The notes under the pieces: model-generated
Told to the model about the DNA's origin: nothing
Seen by the model: only the letters and a program-made list of their open reading frames with translations
The model's database searches: none
In this document: piece after piece, positions 20,934-29,872 of the stretch
How positions within the stretch are numbered: the first letter of the stretch is position 1
Layout: the number at the start of each line of letters is the position of its first letter
Assembly: GCA_963787525.1 (NCBI GenBank)
Contig: CAWBDK010000005.1
Coordinates: 1,891,331 to 1,955,330, forward strand
Source of the DNA: an uncultured Acidimicrobiaceae bacterium
GTDB taxonomy: Bacteria; Actinomycetota; Acidimicrobiia; Acidimicrobiales; RAAP-2
DNA length: 64,000 nucleotides
Direction of reading: 5' to 3'
Made by a program: the position numbers and the translations under genes

Positions 20934-21366
20934 GCCGTGGTCCGCCTCAGGCAGCGTCGTGGGGGACCCGGGGTGGAATGACCGAGAGAAGGGCAGGCGA
21001 CGACGGCGGACGGGGGGTAGATCGCACCGACGTCGCCTGGGCACGCGGGGAGACGAATACCCGCGCCATGGTGACCAACGACCCGATGAACCCGGGGCGG
21101 TGTGAGCGCGCCGGTCGGATCATGATGACCTCGGCCAGGTTGTCCTGGCCGCGATGGCGGTCGGCGTCGGGACCGGAACGGAGATCCCGGCCGGCTGTGG
21201 CCAATGTCCTGATCCACGGTCGCCATCGAGCCTCACGCTACGGAGCCGAGGTGAACGTGCCGTGAAACCGTTGCAACCAACAAGTGTTCTGAAGATGAAC
21301 TCTTAAGGCTGCGATCCTGCTCACAGCATTACGCTCCCTGGACACACGACTAGGGAGGTACCGGAA

Positions 21367-21867
21367 ATGACCGAGGCCATGGGCCACGGCGTGAATCAGC
21401 GCAAGGCCATACAGATGACGCCCGCCGAGGTGGAGGCGTTCCTCGCCGAGCGGCGGAGCGATGACGATGTGCTCCATGTCCCCCGACGGCTCCATCCATG
21501 CGGTGGCGATGTGGTACGGGTTCCTGGACGGCTGCGTCACCGTGGAGACCAAGGCCAAGTCGCAGAAGGTGCAGAACCTGCGGCGCGACCCCCGGCTCAC
21601 GCTCCTCTTCGAGGACGGCGACTACTACGAGGAGCTCCGGGGCGTGGAGCTGGTCGGGCAGGCGGAGATCGTCGACGACCCCGACAAGCTGTGGCAGCTC
21701 GGCATCAGCGTCTACGAGCGCTACAACGGCCCCTACTCCGACGAGCTGAAGCCGATCCTCGAGATCATGCTGCACAAGCGGGTGGCGGTGAAGCTCAACG
21801 TCGAGCGGACCGTCAGCTGGGACCACCGCAAGCTGGGGCTGCCCTCGACGCGGCCCGCGCCGTGTGA
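21367..21867 (+). CDS. PPOX-class (pyridoxamine 5'-phosphate oxidase-like, probably F420/FMN-binding) protein, two compensating frameshifts (~21455, ~21830)
   Basis: The RBS GGGAGG precedes the ATG. MTPAEVEAFLAERR is followed in the next frame by MTMCSMSPDGSIHAVAMWYGFLDGCVTVETKAKSQKVQNLRRDPRLTLLFEDGDYYEELRGVELVGQAEIV...KLNVERTVSWDHRKLG. Confidence 0.7.
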   Translation: MTEAMGHGVNQRKAIQMTPAEVEAFLAERRSDDDVLHVPRRLHPCGGDVVRVPGRLRHRGDQGQVAEGAEPAARPPAHAPLRGRRLLRGAPGRGAGRAGGDRRRPRQAVAARHQRLRALQRPLLRRAEADPRDHAAQAGGGEAQRRADRQLGPPQAGAALDAARAV

Positions 21868-22360
21868 AATTCGCCATCCGGCAGGCGGTCGCCGTGCCGC
21901 CGGCGCGGGCGATGGCGGCCTACGGTTCGCCCGCCTTCTACGAGGGGCGCCCCGGCCGGGACGACATCGCGGTGCGCGAGGTCGTGCGCCACGACGACAC
22001 GGGGCGAGCGGATCCTCCTCGAGGTCCGCTTCGCGTTCACCGGGTCGGTGTCGCCCGCGGTGCGCGCGGTGATCGACCCCACGAAGATGTCGTGGGTCAC
22101 CCGGACCGAGGTCCGGCCCGCCGAGGCGCGCTCGAGCTGGGTGGTCCTGCCCGACCACTACCCGGACCGGCTCGAGCGCCAGCGGCACCTACCGCTTCGA
22201 GGAGGGTGACGCCGGGCCGGGCAGCACCGTCGTCAAGGTCGAGGGCGATCTCAAGGTGCGCGTCCCGCTCGTCGGGCGCTCCGTCGAGCGGGTCATCGTG
22301 TCGGACTGCGCGCCTACATCGAGGACGAGGTGGCGGGCATCCCCGACCTGGGACGGGTGA
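21864..22360 (+). pseudogene. DUF2505-like (SRPBCC-fold) protein, at least 2 frameshifts; 3' end approximate
   Basis: VKFAIRQAVAVPPARAMAAYGSPAFYEG..., then ERILLEVRFAFTGSVSPAVRAVIDPTKMSWVTRTEV..., then SGTYRFEEGDAGPGSTVVKVEGDLKVRVPLVGRSVERVIVSGLRAYIEDE. Confidence 0.5.
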
Positions 22361-22364
22361 GCGC

Positions 22365-23777
22365 TCAGCCCGCCGGCTGTTCGCACGCCTTGAGCATCTG
22401 CGTCATCCCGTCCTCGATCCCGCCGGCGAGGACGTCGATGTCCGGGGTCGAGTCGTAGTCACCGGTGATCCCGAAGTTCACCTCGCCGTCGTAGGAGAAG
22501 ATGGCGATCCCGAGCCGCATCTGGCCGCCGAGCGGCACGTACGGGAAGGCGCGGATCATGCGCCTCCCGGCGGCGAAGAGCGGGAACTGGGGTCCCGGGA
22601 CGTTCGTGGTGACGGTGTTGACGTTGCGCTGGCCCGCCCTCGTGGCCAGGCGCATGCCCAGGGCCAGCAGCATGGGCGGGGCGAAGCCCGACATGGAGGT
22701 CAGCGCCTCGCCGGCCACCGCCTGCTTGGAGTCCTTGAGGTCCTTCATCTGCTCGGTGATGACGTGGAGCCGCAGGACCGGGTCGTCGATCTCGATCGGG
22801 AGCTCGGCGAACATGGCCGAGACCTTGTTGTCGAACGTGCCGTCACCCACCGCCTTGCCCGACCCGTCACGCGGCCGCACCGAGACGGGCACCAGGGTGC
22901 GCACCACGCGGTCGATGTCCTCGTCGCGTGCCAGCAGCAGCTCGCGGAACCCGTTGGTGATGCTGGCCAGCACCACGTCGTTGAAGGTCCCGCCGAGCGC
23001 CTTGCGCACGCGCTTGATGTCGTCGACGGACGTCGTCGCCCAGGCGTAGCGGCGGTGGGGGCCGAGCGGGCCGTTGAGGCTCGAGAGCGGCATCGGGCGC
23101 ACCAGCCCGCTCAGGGAGAAGAGCCCACCGGCGACCTCCAGCACGTAGCCCGCCATCCGGCGCGCGGCGCGGGCCTGCGCCCGCGCCGCCGCGCAGCTGC
23201 TCGTACGGCGACCGCACGATGTTCTCCAGAGCCTCCGCCACCAGTTCGAGTCCCGATGGCTCCGGGTGGGGTGTCCACGCCGACGGTTCGGGCCGGTGCG
23301 CGTCCGGACCGAGGTCCATGATGACCGCCAGGAGATCCGTACCGGACACGCCGTCGACCAGCGCGTGGTGCGTCTTGGCCAGCATGGCCCACCGTCCGTC
23401 CTCGAGCCCCTCGACCGCCCAGATCTCCCACAGCGGCTTCGAGCGGTCGAGCTGTTGCGCCATGACGCGCCCGACGAGCTTGCGGAGCTCGCTCTCGCCA
23501 CCCGGGGACGGGCAGCGCCGTATGGCGCAGGTGGTACTCGATGTTGAAGTGCGGGTCGTCCACCCACACGGGGCGCCCGAGCTCGAAGGGGACGAAGCGC
23601 ACCTTCTGGCGGTAGCGCGGCACGAGGTCGAGCTTGGCGTCCACCATGCCCACGATGTCGGCGAACGGCGGCGGGGGTCCCTCGAAGATGGCGACCGAGC
23701 GCGATGTGCATGTGCGACACGTGGTCCTCGATGTGGAGGAAGGAGGCGTCCAGTGGGCTCAGGCGGTCAGGACCCAT
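22365..23777 (-). CDS. wax ester synthase/diacylglycerol acyltransferase (WS/DGAT), three frameshifts (~23690, ~23500, ~23170)
   Basis: The RBS GAAGGGAGGG precedes the start. The fragments read MGPDRLSPLDASFLHIEDHVSHMHIA, then VDAKLDLVPRYRQKVRFVPFELGRPVWVDDPHFNIEYHLRHTALP, then LDRSKPLWEIWAVEGLEDGRWAMLAKTHHALVDGVSG (HHxxxDG), then ...NGPLGPHRRYAW...TFNDVVLA...TNVPGPQFPLF... Confidence 0.85.
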   Translation of the reverse strand: MGPDRLSPLDASFLHIEDHVSHMHIALGRHLRGTPAAVRRHRGHGGRQARPRAALPPEGALRPLRARAPRVGGRPALQHRVPPAPYGAARPRVARASSASSSGASWRNSSTARSRCGRSGRSRGSRTDGGPCWPRRTTRWSTACPVRISWRSSWTSVRTRTGPNRRRGHPTRSHRDSNWWRRLWRTSCGRRTSSCAAARAQARAARRMAGYVLEVAGGLFSLSGLVRPMPLSSLNGPLGPHRRYAWATTSVDDIKRVRKALGGTFNDVVLASITNGFRELLLARDEDIDRVVRTLVPVSVRPRDGSGKAVGDGTFDNKVSAMFAELPIEIDDPVLRLHVITEQMKDLKDSKQAVAGEALTSMSGFAPPMLLALGMRLATRAGQRNVNTVTTNVPGPQFPLFAAGRRMIRAFPYVPLGGQMRLGIAIFSYDGEVNFGITGDYDSTPDIDVLAGGIEDGMTQMLKACEQPAG

Positions 23778-23842
23778 CGACCCTCCCTTCGCGGCGTGTC
23801 CGGCCCGAAGGCTACTACCGGGTCGGTCCCGTTCCGCCGGGG

Positions 23843-24862
23843 TCAGCCGGCGCTGGCGGCCGCGCCGGAACCGCCCAGCGAGGCGAGGACGGGGGTGGCG
23901 AGGATCCTCGTCGTGGTCTCCTCGTAGGCGGTCTCGACGATGCGGGGGCTCCGGCCCTCCGCCATGGCGCGCAGCCCCATCGCCCGGCGCGAGTCGGCGC
24001 CGGGCTCCAGGGTGATCACCGTGGTGCCGGCATCCTCGAGGCGGGCGACCTCGTGCTCCATGCGGCGGTGCACGGTGCGCCGGAGCCAGCCGTCGGCACC
24101 GTTCGCCGCGCCCTGGGCGGCCGACATGGACGAGACGATGACGACCACGTCGAGGCCCTCCGACTTGAGCACGTCCGCGTTGGTGACCGAGTGGACGCCG
24201 CCGTCGACGTACTCGGTGCCCTCGATCGTGACCGGTTGGAAGTAGCCGGGAATGGCACACGAGGCCAGCACCGCGGGCGCCAGGCGGGCCGGCGGGGCAC
24301 CGGGCCGCCCGAAGACGACGCGAGCACCGTCGGTGCGGCGGACGGCGCAGATGCGCAGGCCGTCCGGCCAGCGGTCGCCCGTGTGCTGGTCGAGGCCGCG
24401 GGCCCGCTCGGAGATGTCGACCTGTCCGCGCGGGACGAGCGTCATGGCCGCCACCTCGGGACGGAAGGCCAGCGGCCGTCGGGCCACCCGGGCGATGAGG
24501 GCCGGCGACGGCAGGTTCCAGGGGCGCAGGAGGGACCGCAGCGACGGGGTCGGCAACGGTCCCGCGTCGGAGGGGAGGATGCGGCGCAGGATGGCCCCGC
24601 CCCCCGGCGAGGTGGGCACGCCGTAGAGCGACGCGGCGAGGTCGGTGGCCGGCACCCCGACACGCAGCGCGGCACCGGTGACCGAGCCGGCGGAGGTGCC
24701 CACGACGAAGGAGGCCTGGCGCGGGTCCCAGCCGGCCTCGCGCTGCAGCGCCGCCAGGACGCCGGCCTGGTAGGCCTGGCCGACCACGCCCCCGGCGCCG
24801 AGCACCAGCCCGATCGAAGAAGCCCGCCCACTCCCGAATTCCCCACGGATCACGCCCGTCAC
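23843..24862 (-). CDS. patatin-like phospholipase
   Basis: Intact 339 aa with GLVLGAGGVVGQAYQAGVL (GxGxxG), VVGTSAGSVTGA (GxSxG) and YVDGGVHS (DGG/A). Confidence 0.85.
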   Translation of the reverse strand: MTGVIRGEFGSGRASSIGLVLGAGGVVGQAYQAGVLAALQREAGWDPRQASFVVGTSAGSVTGAALRVGVPATDLAASLYGVPTSPGGGAILRRILPSDAGPLPTPSLRSLLRPWNLPSPALIARVARRPLAFRPEVAAMTLVPRGQVDISERARGLDQHTGDRWPDGLRICAVRRTDGARVVFGRPGAPPARLAPAVLASCAIPGYFQPVTIEGTEYVDGGVHSVTNADVLKSEGLDVVVIVSSMSAAQGAANGADGWLRRTVHRRMEHEVARLEDAGTTVITLEPGADSRRAMGLRAMAEGRSPRIVETAYEETTTRILATPVLASLGGSGAAASAG

Positions 24863-24978
24863 GCCCCCTTTCTACCCGGCAGGGCCACCCTTCGCCCCGA
24901 TTTGACCGACCGGGGCCGGTCCAGCGCCGTGGGACCGCTCCCTAAGGTGGGCCGGGCCGGGAGCGGCTGGGGAGGCGC

Positions 24979-25076
24979 ATGACGGAGACTCTCAGGCTCG
25001 TCGCCGCCGTGGGTGGCGTCGTCCTCATCGTCGGGATGCTGAGCGACGCCGTGGCAACGCTGATCGTCACCCAGGG
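24979..25076 (+). pseudogene. 5' fragment of a membrane (ion-channel-like) protein gene split by the IS3 insertion
   Basis: MTETLRLVAAVGGVVLIVGMLSDAVATLIVTQG ends at the IS boundary. Removing the IS and one AGGG copy joins it in frame to 26312 onward (..VTQGTSGWW..). Confidence 0.7.
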
Positions 25077-25105
25077 TGAGCGGACCCCGTTTGTTGAGCC
25101 ACTCC

Positions 25106-25960
25106 CTATGTGAGTGTGAGCTGCTGTCGGTGGAGCCAGGCCTCGACGAACTCGACCGGGGTGAGCCAGCCGTGCGCGCTGTGCGGCCTGTTGATGTTGT
25201 AGTCGATGCGCCAGTCCTCGAGAAGCACCTTGGCCTCGAGCAGGGACTCGAAGCGCTGGCCGTTCAGGAACTCGTCGCGTAGGCGGCCGTTGAAGCTCTC
25301 GATCCAGGCGTTCTGCCACGGCGAGCCCGGGTCGATGAACACCGTGTCGGTCCCGTTGAAGCGGCACCAGTCGGCCACGGCATAGGCGATGAACTCGGGT
25401 CGTGGTCGAACCGTACATAGGCGGGTGCGCCGCGTTCGTCGCAAGCGCTCGAGGCAGGCCACCACCCCGTCGGCGTCGATGGATCGTTCCACCTCGATGG
25501 CCAGGCACTCGCGGCTGTACTCGTCGATGACGTTCAAGAGCTTGAGCATCCTTCCCTCTGCGGTCTGGTCGAACTGGAAGTCGAGGGCCCAGACGACATT
25601 GGGCCGGATCGGGCAGAAGGCGCCGACGGCGACCCCGATGCCGCGCAGCGGGCGCTTCTTCTTTCGATAGGGCACACGCAGGCCTTCGGCACGCCAAAGG
25701 CGGTGGATGCGCTTGTTGTTGACGCGCCAGCCGGCCTTCGCGCGCGGTGGCAGCCCGCCGCCAGCCCCAGCGGGGCCGCCGCCGCGAGAAGTCGCGTCAA
25801 GAAGGCGCGGAGCGCCAGCTCGTCGTCGGAAGGCACGGGCGCGGGGAGGCGTTGGGTGGATCTGGGCTGGCCGACGAGGGCACAGGCTTTGCGTTCACTC
25901 ACCCCGAACTGCTCTCGGAGGGCCACGACGGCCCGCCGGCGGCGGTCCGGGGTCAGAAGT
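25106..25960 (-). pseudogene. IS3 orfB (DDE/rve integrase-core transposase), several frameshifts
   Basis: VVALREQFGVSERKACALVGQPRSTQR..., then RDFSRRRPRWGWRR, then AKAGWRVNNKRIHRLWRAEGLRVPYRKKKR...VWALDFQFDQTAEGRMLKLLNVIDEYSRECLAIEV..., then DERGAPAYVRFDHDP, then EFIAYAVADWC...IDPGSPWQNAWIESFNGRLRDEFLN...WRIDYNINRPHSAHGWLTP. Confidence 0.8.
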
Positions 25961-26231
25961 TTCCCGGTTCACCTCTTTCAACATGTCGATGTCGAGGGCC
26001 TGGTCGGCCACGATCTTCTTCAGCCGGGTGTTCTCGCGCTCGAGCTCTTTGAGGCGTTTGGCGTCGTCGGCCTTCATGCCGCCGTACTGGTTGCGCCAGC
26101 GGTGGAAGGTCTGCTCGGAGATCTCGAGATGACCGCGCCACCTCCTCGACGGTCTTGCCTTGGGCCAAGAGCTTGTCGCCCTCGGCCAGCTTGCGGATCA
26201 CCTGTTCGGGCGTGTGCCGCCGGTTTTTCAT
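25953..26231 (-). pseudogene. IS3 orfA (HTH_Tnp_1 transposase subunit), frameshifted
   Basis: MKNRRHTPEQVIRKLAEGDKLLAQGKTVEEVAR, then MKADDAKRLKELERENTRLKKIVADQALDIDMLKEVNR, then GNF*. This is the coiled-coil/leucine-zipper end typical of IS3 OrfA. Confidence 0.75.
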
Positions 26232-26307
26232 CTGTGCTGTCCTCCTCGTCCCATCTTGGGACATCGGACTCGCACAGGAGGTGGATCAGTTCACGGGGAT
26301 CCGGTCA

Positions 26308-27323
26308 AGGGCACCAGCGGCTGGTGGCGGCCGACGCGGCTCTTCTACGCCGCCACCTGGCGCGCCACGAGGTCGCTGTCGGCGCGCCTGCCCGACCGCC
26401 CGGGCGATTACGTGCTCAACGTCTACCCCGCCCTCTCGCTGCTCGGCCTCCTCGTCCTGTGGCTGGCCGGGCTGATGATCGGCTGGTCGCTCGTGTACTG
26501 GGGTCTCGACCAGCACGTCGGCGGCACCAGGGACTGGGGGACGCTCGTCTACTACGCCGGCACCTCGCTGGTCACCCCTGTCTTCGGGTCGGCGCACGGC
26601 GCACTCGTGCGCATGCTCACGCTGCTCGAGACCTTGACCGGCGTGGTGACGATCGCGCTGATGATCTCGTACCTCCCGGCGCTCTACAGCGCCTACAGCC
26701 GGAGGGAGGCGCGGCTGTTGACTCTCGACGACCCGCACGGCGGGCGCATCACTCCCGTGCGCGTCATCGTCCTCAATGCACCGGGCGGTGACACCGAGAT
26801 GCTGTACCGGTCCCTGGGCGAATGGCAGATGTGGACGGCCGACCTCCTCGAGAGCCATGTGTCGTACCCCATGCTGGCGCTGTTGCGCTCGCAACATCCC
26901 GGCCAGTCATGGGTCACCGCGCTCGGCGTCGTCACCGATGCGGCGACGTTGACGTCGGCCTGCGTCGAGGGGGCGCACGACCGCGAGCCTTATTTCCTCT
27001 ACCGGCGTGGCCGGCGCGCCATCATGGAGATCTCGAGCCGCCTCCACGTCCCCAAGACCGCAGCCCCCGCCAGCTGGCTCGTCGAGGAGAACTTCGAGCT
27101 GGCCTGGCGCCAGCTCGTCGAGCTCGGCGTCCCCCTGCGGGACAAGGGCGAGGCCTGGGCGGACCTGCAGGCTCTGCGCGCCAGCTACGGGGACCAGCTC
27201 GAGCGGCTGATCGACTTCCTGGTTGCCCCACGCGGGTTCTGGGGCCACTCGGCGGAGGAGACGGTGGCCGCCGAGGTGGCGGAGGCCGCCCGCGCGGCCA
27301 GGAGGAACGTCCGCACCTCTTGA
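26308..27323 (+). pseudogene. 3' fragment of the IS-split membrane protein (Ion_trans_2-like, degenerate pore motif)
   Basis: GTSGWWRPTRLFYAATWR...LLGLLVLWLAGLMIGWSLVYWGL...WGTLVYYAGTSLVTPVFGS...LTGVVTIALMISYLPALYSAY resembles TM-pore-TM of K+-channel-family proteins but lacks a canonical TVGYG filter. A soluble C-terminal domain follows. Confidence 0.6.
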
Positions 27324-27368
27324 CGGTGCACGATCCGACGACTCCCGCCGTTACTCTGCGGGACTGGT

Positions 27369-28060
27369 ATGGGCACCACCCGCGGCGAGTTGCACCGGAT
27401 TGCGGCGCACGTGCTCGGTCGTCGGCGCAACGCGGTGAGCGGCCATTTCGGGCTCCGGGCGAGTCCGGGCGGTGTGGCCACCCCCGCGTTCGGACCCGAA
27501 CCCGAGATGGTGCGTGTCGCCGGTCTCTGCCTCATCCGCGAGGTGGGCAAAGAATCCCGCTCGACGCGTCCTGGACGGCGCCACGCTGGCCGAGCTCGCC
27601 GCGTTCGCCGAAGCGGACCTGCACGACGCGTTCTCGGCGGGTCCGGACATGCCGGCGTTGGGCCCGACGGACGAGCCGCTGCGCCTGGACCCGGCGGAGC
27701 TCGACGTGCTCTACCGCTGGTTCGACCTCGGCTGGCGGGTGCTCGACGCCGTCACGGCGGACACCACGGTGGCGGCAGGCCAGATGACGGTGCAGCTCTG
27801 GCCGGAGCACTTCGACGTGGGCACCGCCCTCGACCTCGGATCGGGGGCCGGTGTGAATCTCGGCTTCTCACCCGGCGATGCCTTCTCGGAGGAGCCCTAT
27901 GTGTACGTGGGACCGTGGGGTCCGGAACGGCCGGGCGACCACGCGTTTTGGAACGCACCCTTCGGCGCGTTCGCGCCACGGTCGCGGGCCCCCGACGCGG
28001 CGGTCTGCGGGGCCTTCGTCAGCAGGGGACTCGAGCTCCTGGCGGAGGCCTACGCGCGTG
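27369..28060 (+). CDS. hypothetical protein, frameshift near 27550; 3' end unresolved
   Basis: MGTTRGELHRIAAHVLGRRRNAVSGHFGLRASPGGVATPAFG...VAGLCLIREVG, then NPARRVLDGATLAELAAFAEADL...QLWPEHFDVGTALDLGSGAGVNLGFSPGDAFSEEPYVYVGPWGPERPGDHAFWNAPFGA. Confidence 0.45.
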
Positions 28061-29212
28061 GCCGTTCCTCTCCCCACCGCCGAGACCGTCAATCTCCTGC
28101 CTCCCGACGCCGCGGAGACCCAGCTCCTGGCGGACGGCGTCGCGTCCGCCGTCTCCGGCTCCAACGGATTGCTGCCGATACAGCGCTCGGTCCTGGAGGC
28201 GACGTTCCCGGCCATGACGGGACACCCCGTCACGCTGGCGAACCGACCGGTCCTGAGCGCCAGGGAGTTCGCGGCGGCGCTGGCCCGGCGCGACCTCGGC
28301 TTCCGCTCCCGCATGGTGCAGGCGATGCTCCTCTGCGCGCTCGTCGTTCACCCGATTCCCGACGACGTGGCCGACAAGGTGGCGGCGTTCGCGCTGGAAC
28401 TCGGGGTGGAGGACGGGATGGTCGACGTCGCCCGCGAGTTCGCCGCCGGATCGCTCGGGCTGGCTGCACACGACTTCGCCCGGAACGGGTACGAGGGGAC
28501 CTGGAACGAGGCGGAATCGGCCGTTGCGCTGCACGCGACCCGGGTGTTGCACGACGCCTGGGAGGTCGACGTCGCCGACCGGGAGCTGGCGGCACGGTGG
28601 GCCTCGCTCGAGGCCCTGCCGCGCGATGCACTCGGCCGCAAGGTGTGGGAGCTGTACCAGGCGCGCGGGTTCACGTTCCCGGGGACCCCTGGGTCGGCGC
28701 CGCCGCTGCTGGCGCAGCACGACTGGGTGCACGTGTTGGCCGACTACGGCACGACCGTGGAGTCCGAGGTCGAGGTGTTCGGGCTCATCTCCCGGGCCAA
28801 CGACGACATGCACGCCTTCTCGCTGCTGGCCATGGTGCTCTCGCTCTTCGAGACCGGTTACCTCTCCACCGGGGCCGGACTGTTCCAGTCCTCACCCGGT
28901 CACTTCTCGTCGAGCCCACACATGACCGTCCGCCTGGCGGACGCCATGCGGCGCGGTGCCCTGTGCCACGACGGTGTGACGGGGTCCGACAGCATCGACT
29001 TCCTCAGGATCGACTGGTTCTCCGTGGCCCACCTGTCCTGTCAGGACGTGCGCGCCCGCTTCAATCTGGTCCCCAAGGCGGACGCCGCCGTGGCCGCGGG
29101 GTCGGTCGGGCCATGGGAGCGGGGAGGGATCAGCCCGTTCCAGATGAACTGCGGCCGGGAGCTGGCCGCCGCCCGTGGACTTCCGTACGACGCCCACGGC
29201 GCATCCGTCTGA
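28058..29212 (+). CDS. hypothetical protein with Coq4-like HDxxH...E motif
   Basis: Protein-like sequence from the GTG at 28058. It contains PPLLAQHDWVHVLADYGTTVESEVEVFGLI, which resembles the Coq4 family HDxxHx(10-13)E zinc-ligand motif (from memory). Confidence 0.5.
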   Translation: MAVPLPTAETVNLLPPDAAETQLLADGVASAVSGSNGLLPIQRSVLEATFPAMTGHPVTLANRPVLSAREFAAALARRDLGFRSRMVQAMLLCALVVHPIPDDVADKVAAFALELGVEDGMVDVAREFAAGSLGLAAHDFARNGYEGTWNEAESAVALHATRVLHDAWEVDVADRELAARWASLEALPRDALGRKVWELYQARGFTFPGTPGSAPPLLAQHDWVHVLADYGTTVESEVEVFGLISRANDDMHAFSLLAMVLSLFETGYLSTGAGLFQSSPGHFSSSPHMTVRLADAMRRGALCHDGVTGSDSIDFLRIDWFSVAHLSCQDVRARFNLVPKADAAVAAGSVGPWERGGISPFQMNCGRELAAARGLPYDAHGASV

Positions 29213-29215
29213 GCG

Positions 29216-29872
29216 TCACGACTCCAAGAAGCGCAGGACCGCCAGGACGCGACGGTGGTCCTTGTCCGAGACGGGGAGGTCGAGCTTGGCGAAGATGTTG
29301 GCGACGTGCTTCTCGACGGCTCCCTCGCTGACCACGAGCGCGTGCGCGATGGCCGCGTTCGACCGGCCCTCCGCCATGAGGGAGAGGACCTCGCGCTCGC
29401 GCGACGTCAGCACGGAGAGCGAGTCCGTGCGCCTCGTCGCACCGAGGAGCTGCGTCACCACTTCGGGATCCAAGGCCGTACCTCCTATGGCGACGCGCTC
29501 GAGCGCCTCGACGAAGTCGCTGACGTCCGCCACGCGATCCTTGAGCAGGTAGCCGATGCCGGCGGCGTCGTCGGCCAACAGGTCGGCGGCGTAGCGGGTC
29601 TCGACGTACTGCGAGAACAGCAGGATCCCGAGCCCCTCGTGGCGGGAGCGGAGTTCGAGAGCCAGGCGCAATCCCTCGTCGGTGAACGTCGGCGGCATGC
29701 GGATGTCGATGACCGCGACATCCGGTGGGTGCTGGGCGACCGAGCTGCGCAACGCGTCGGGGTCGCCGACGGCGCCCGTGATGGCGAAGCCGCGATCGAC
29801 CAGCAGCTGGACGAGGCCGTCGCGCAGGATGGCCGAGTCCTCGGCGATGGCGACCCGGAGCGCGCCGACCAT
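29216..29872 (-). CDS. NarL/LuxR-family response regulator
   Basis: Intact: RVAIAEDSAILRDGLVQLLVDRGF...DVAVIDIRMPP...GILLFSQYVE...LLKDRV...LTSREREVLSLMAEGRSNAAIAHALVVSEGAVEKHVANIFAKL. The ATG overlaps the kinase stop (ATGA). Confidence 0.9.
   Translation of the reverse strand: MVGALRVAIAEDSAILRDGLVQLLVDRGFAITGAVGDPDALRSSVAQHPPDVAVIDIRMPPTFTDEGLRLALELRSRHEGLGILLFSQYVETRYAADLLADDAAGIGYLLKDRVADVSDFVEALERVAIGGTALDPEVVTQLLGATRRTDSLSVLTSREREVLSLMAEGRSNAAIAHALVVSEGAVEKHVANIFAKLDLPVSDKDHRRVLAVLRFLES

Larger units (their letters stand above)
25077..26307 (-). mobile_element. IS3-family insertion sequence (1231 bp) with imperfect ~30-bp inverted repeats and a 4-bp AGGG target-site duplication
   Basis: The left end is TGAGCGGACCCCGTTTGTTGAGCCACTCC. 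The reverse complement of the right end is TGACCGGATCCCCGTGAACTGATCCACCTCC, giving TG...CA termini. AGGG occurs at 25073-25076 and at 26308-26311. The element encodes orfA (HTH) and orfB (rve/DDE integrase). Confidence 0.85.
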
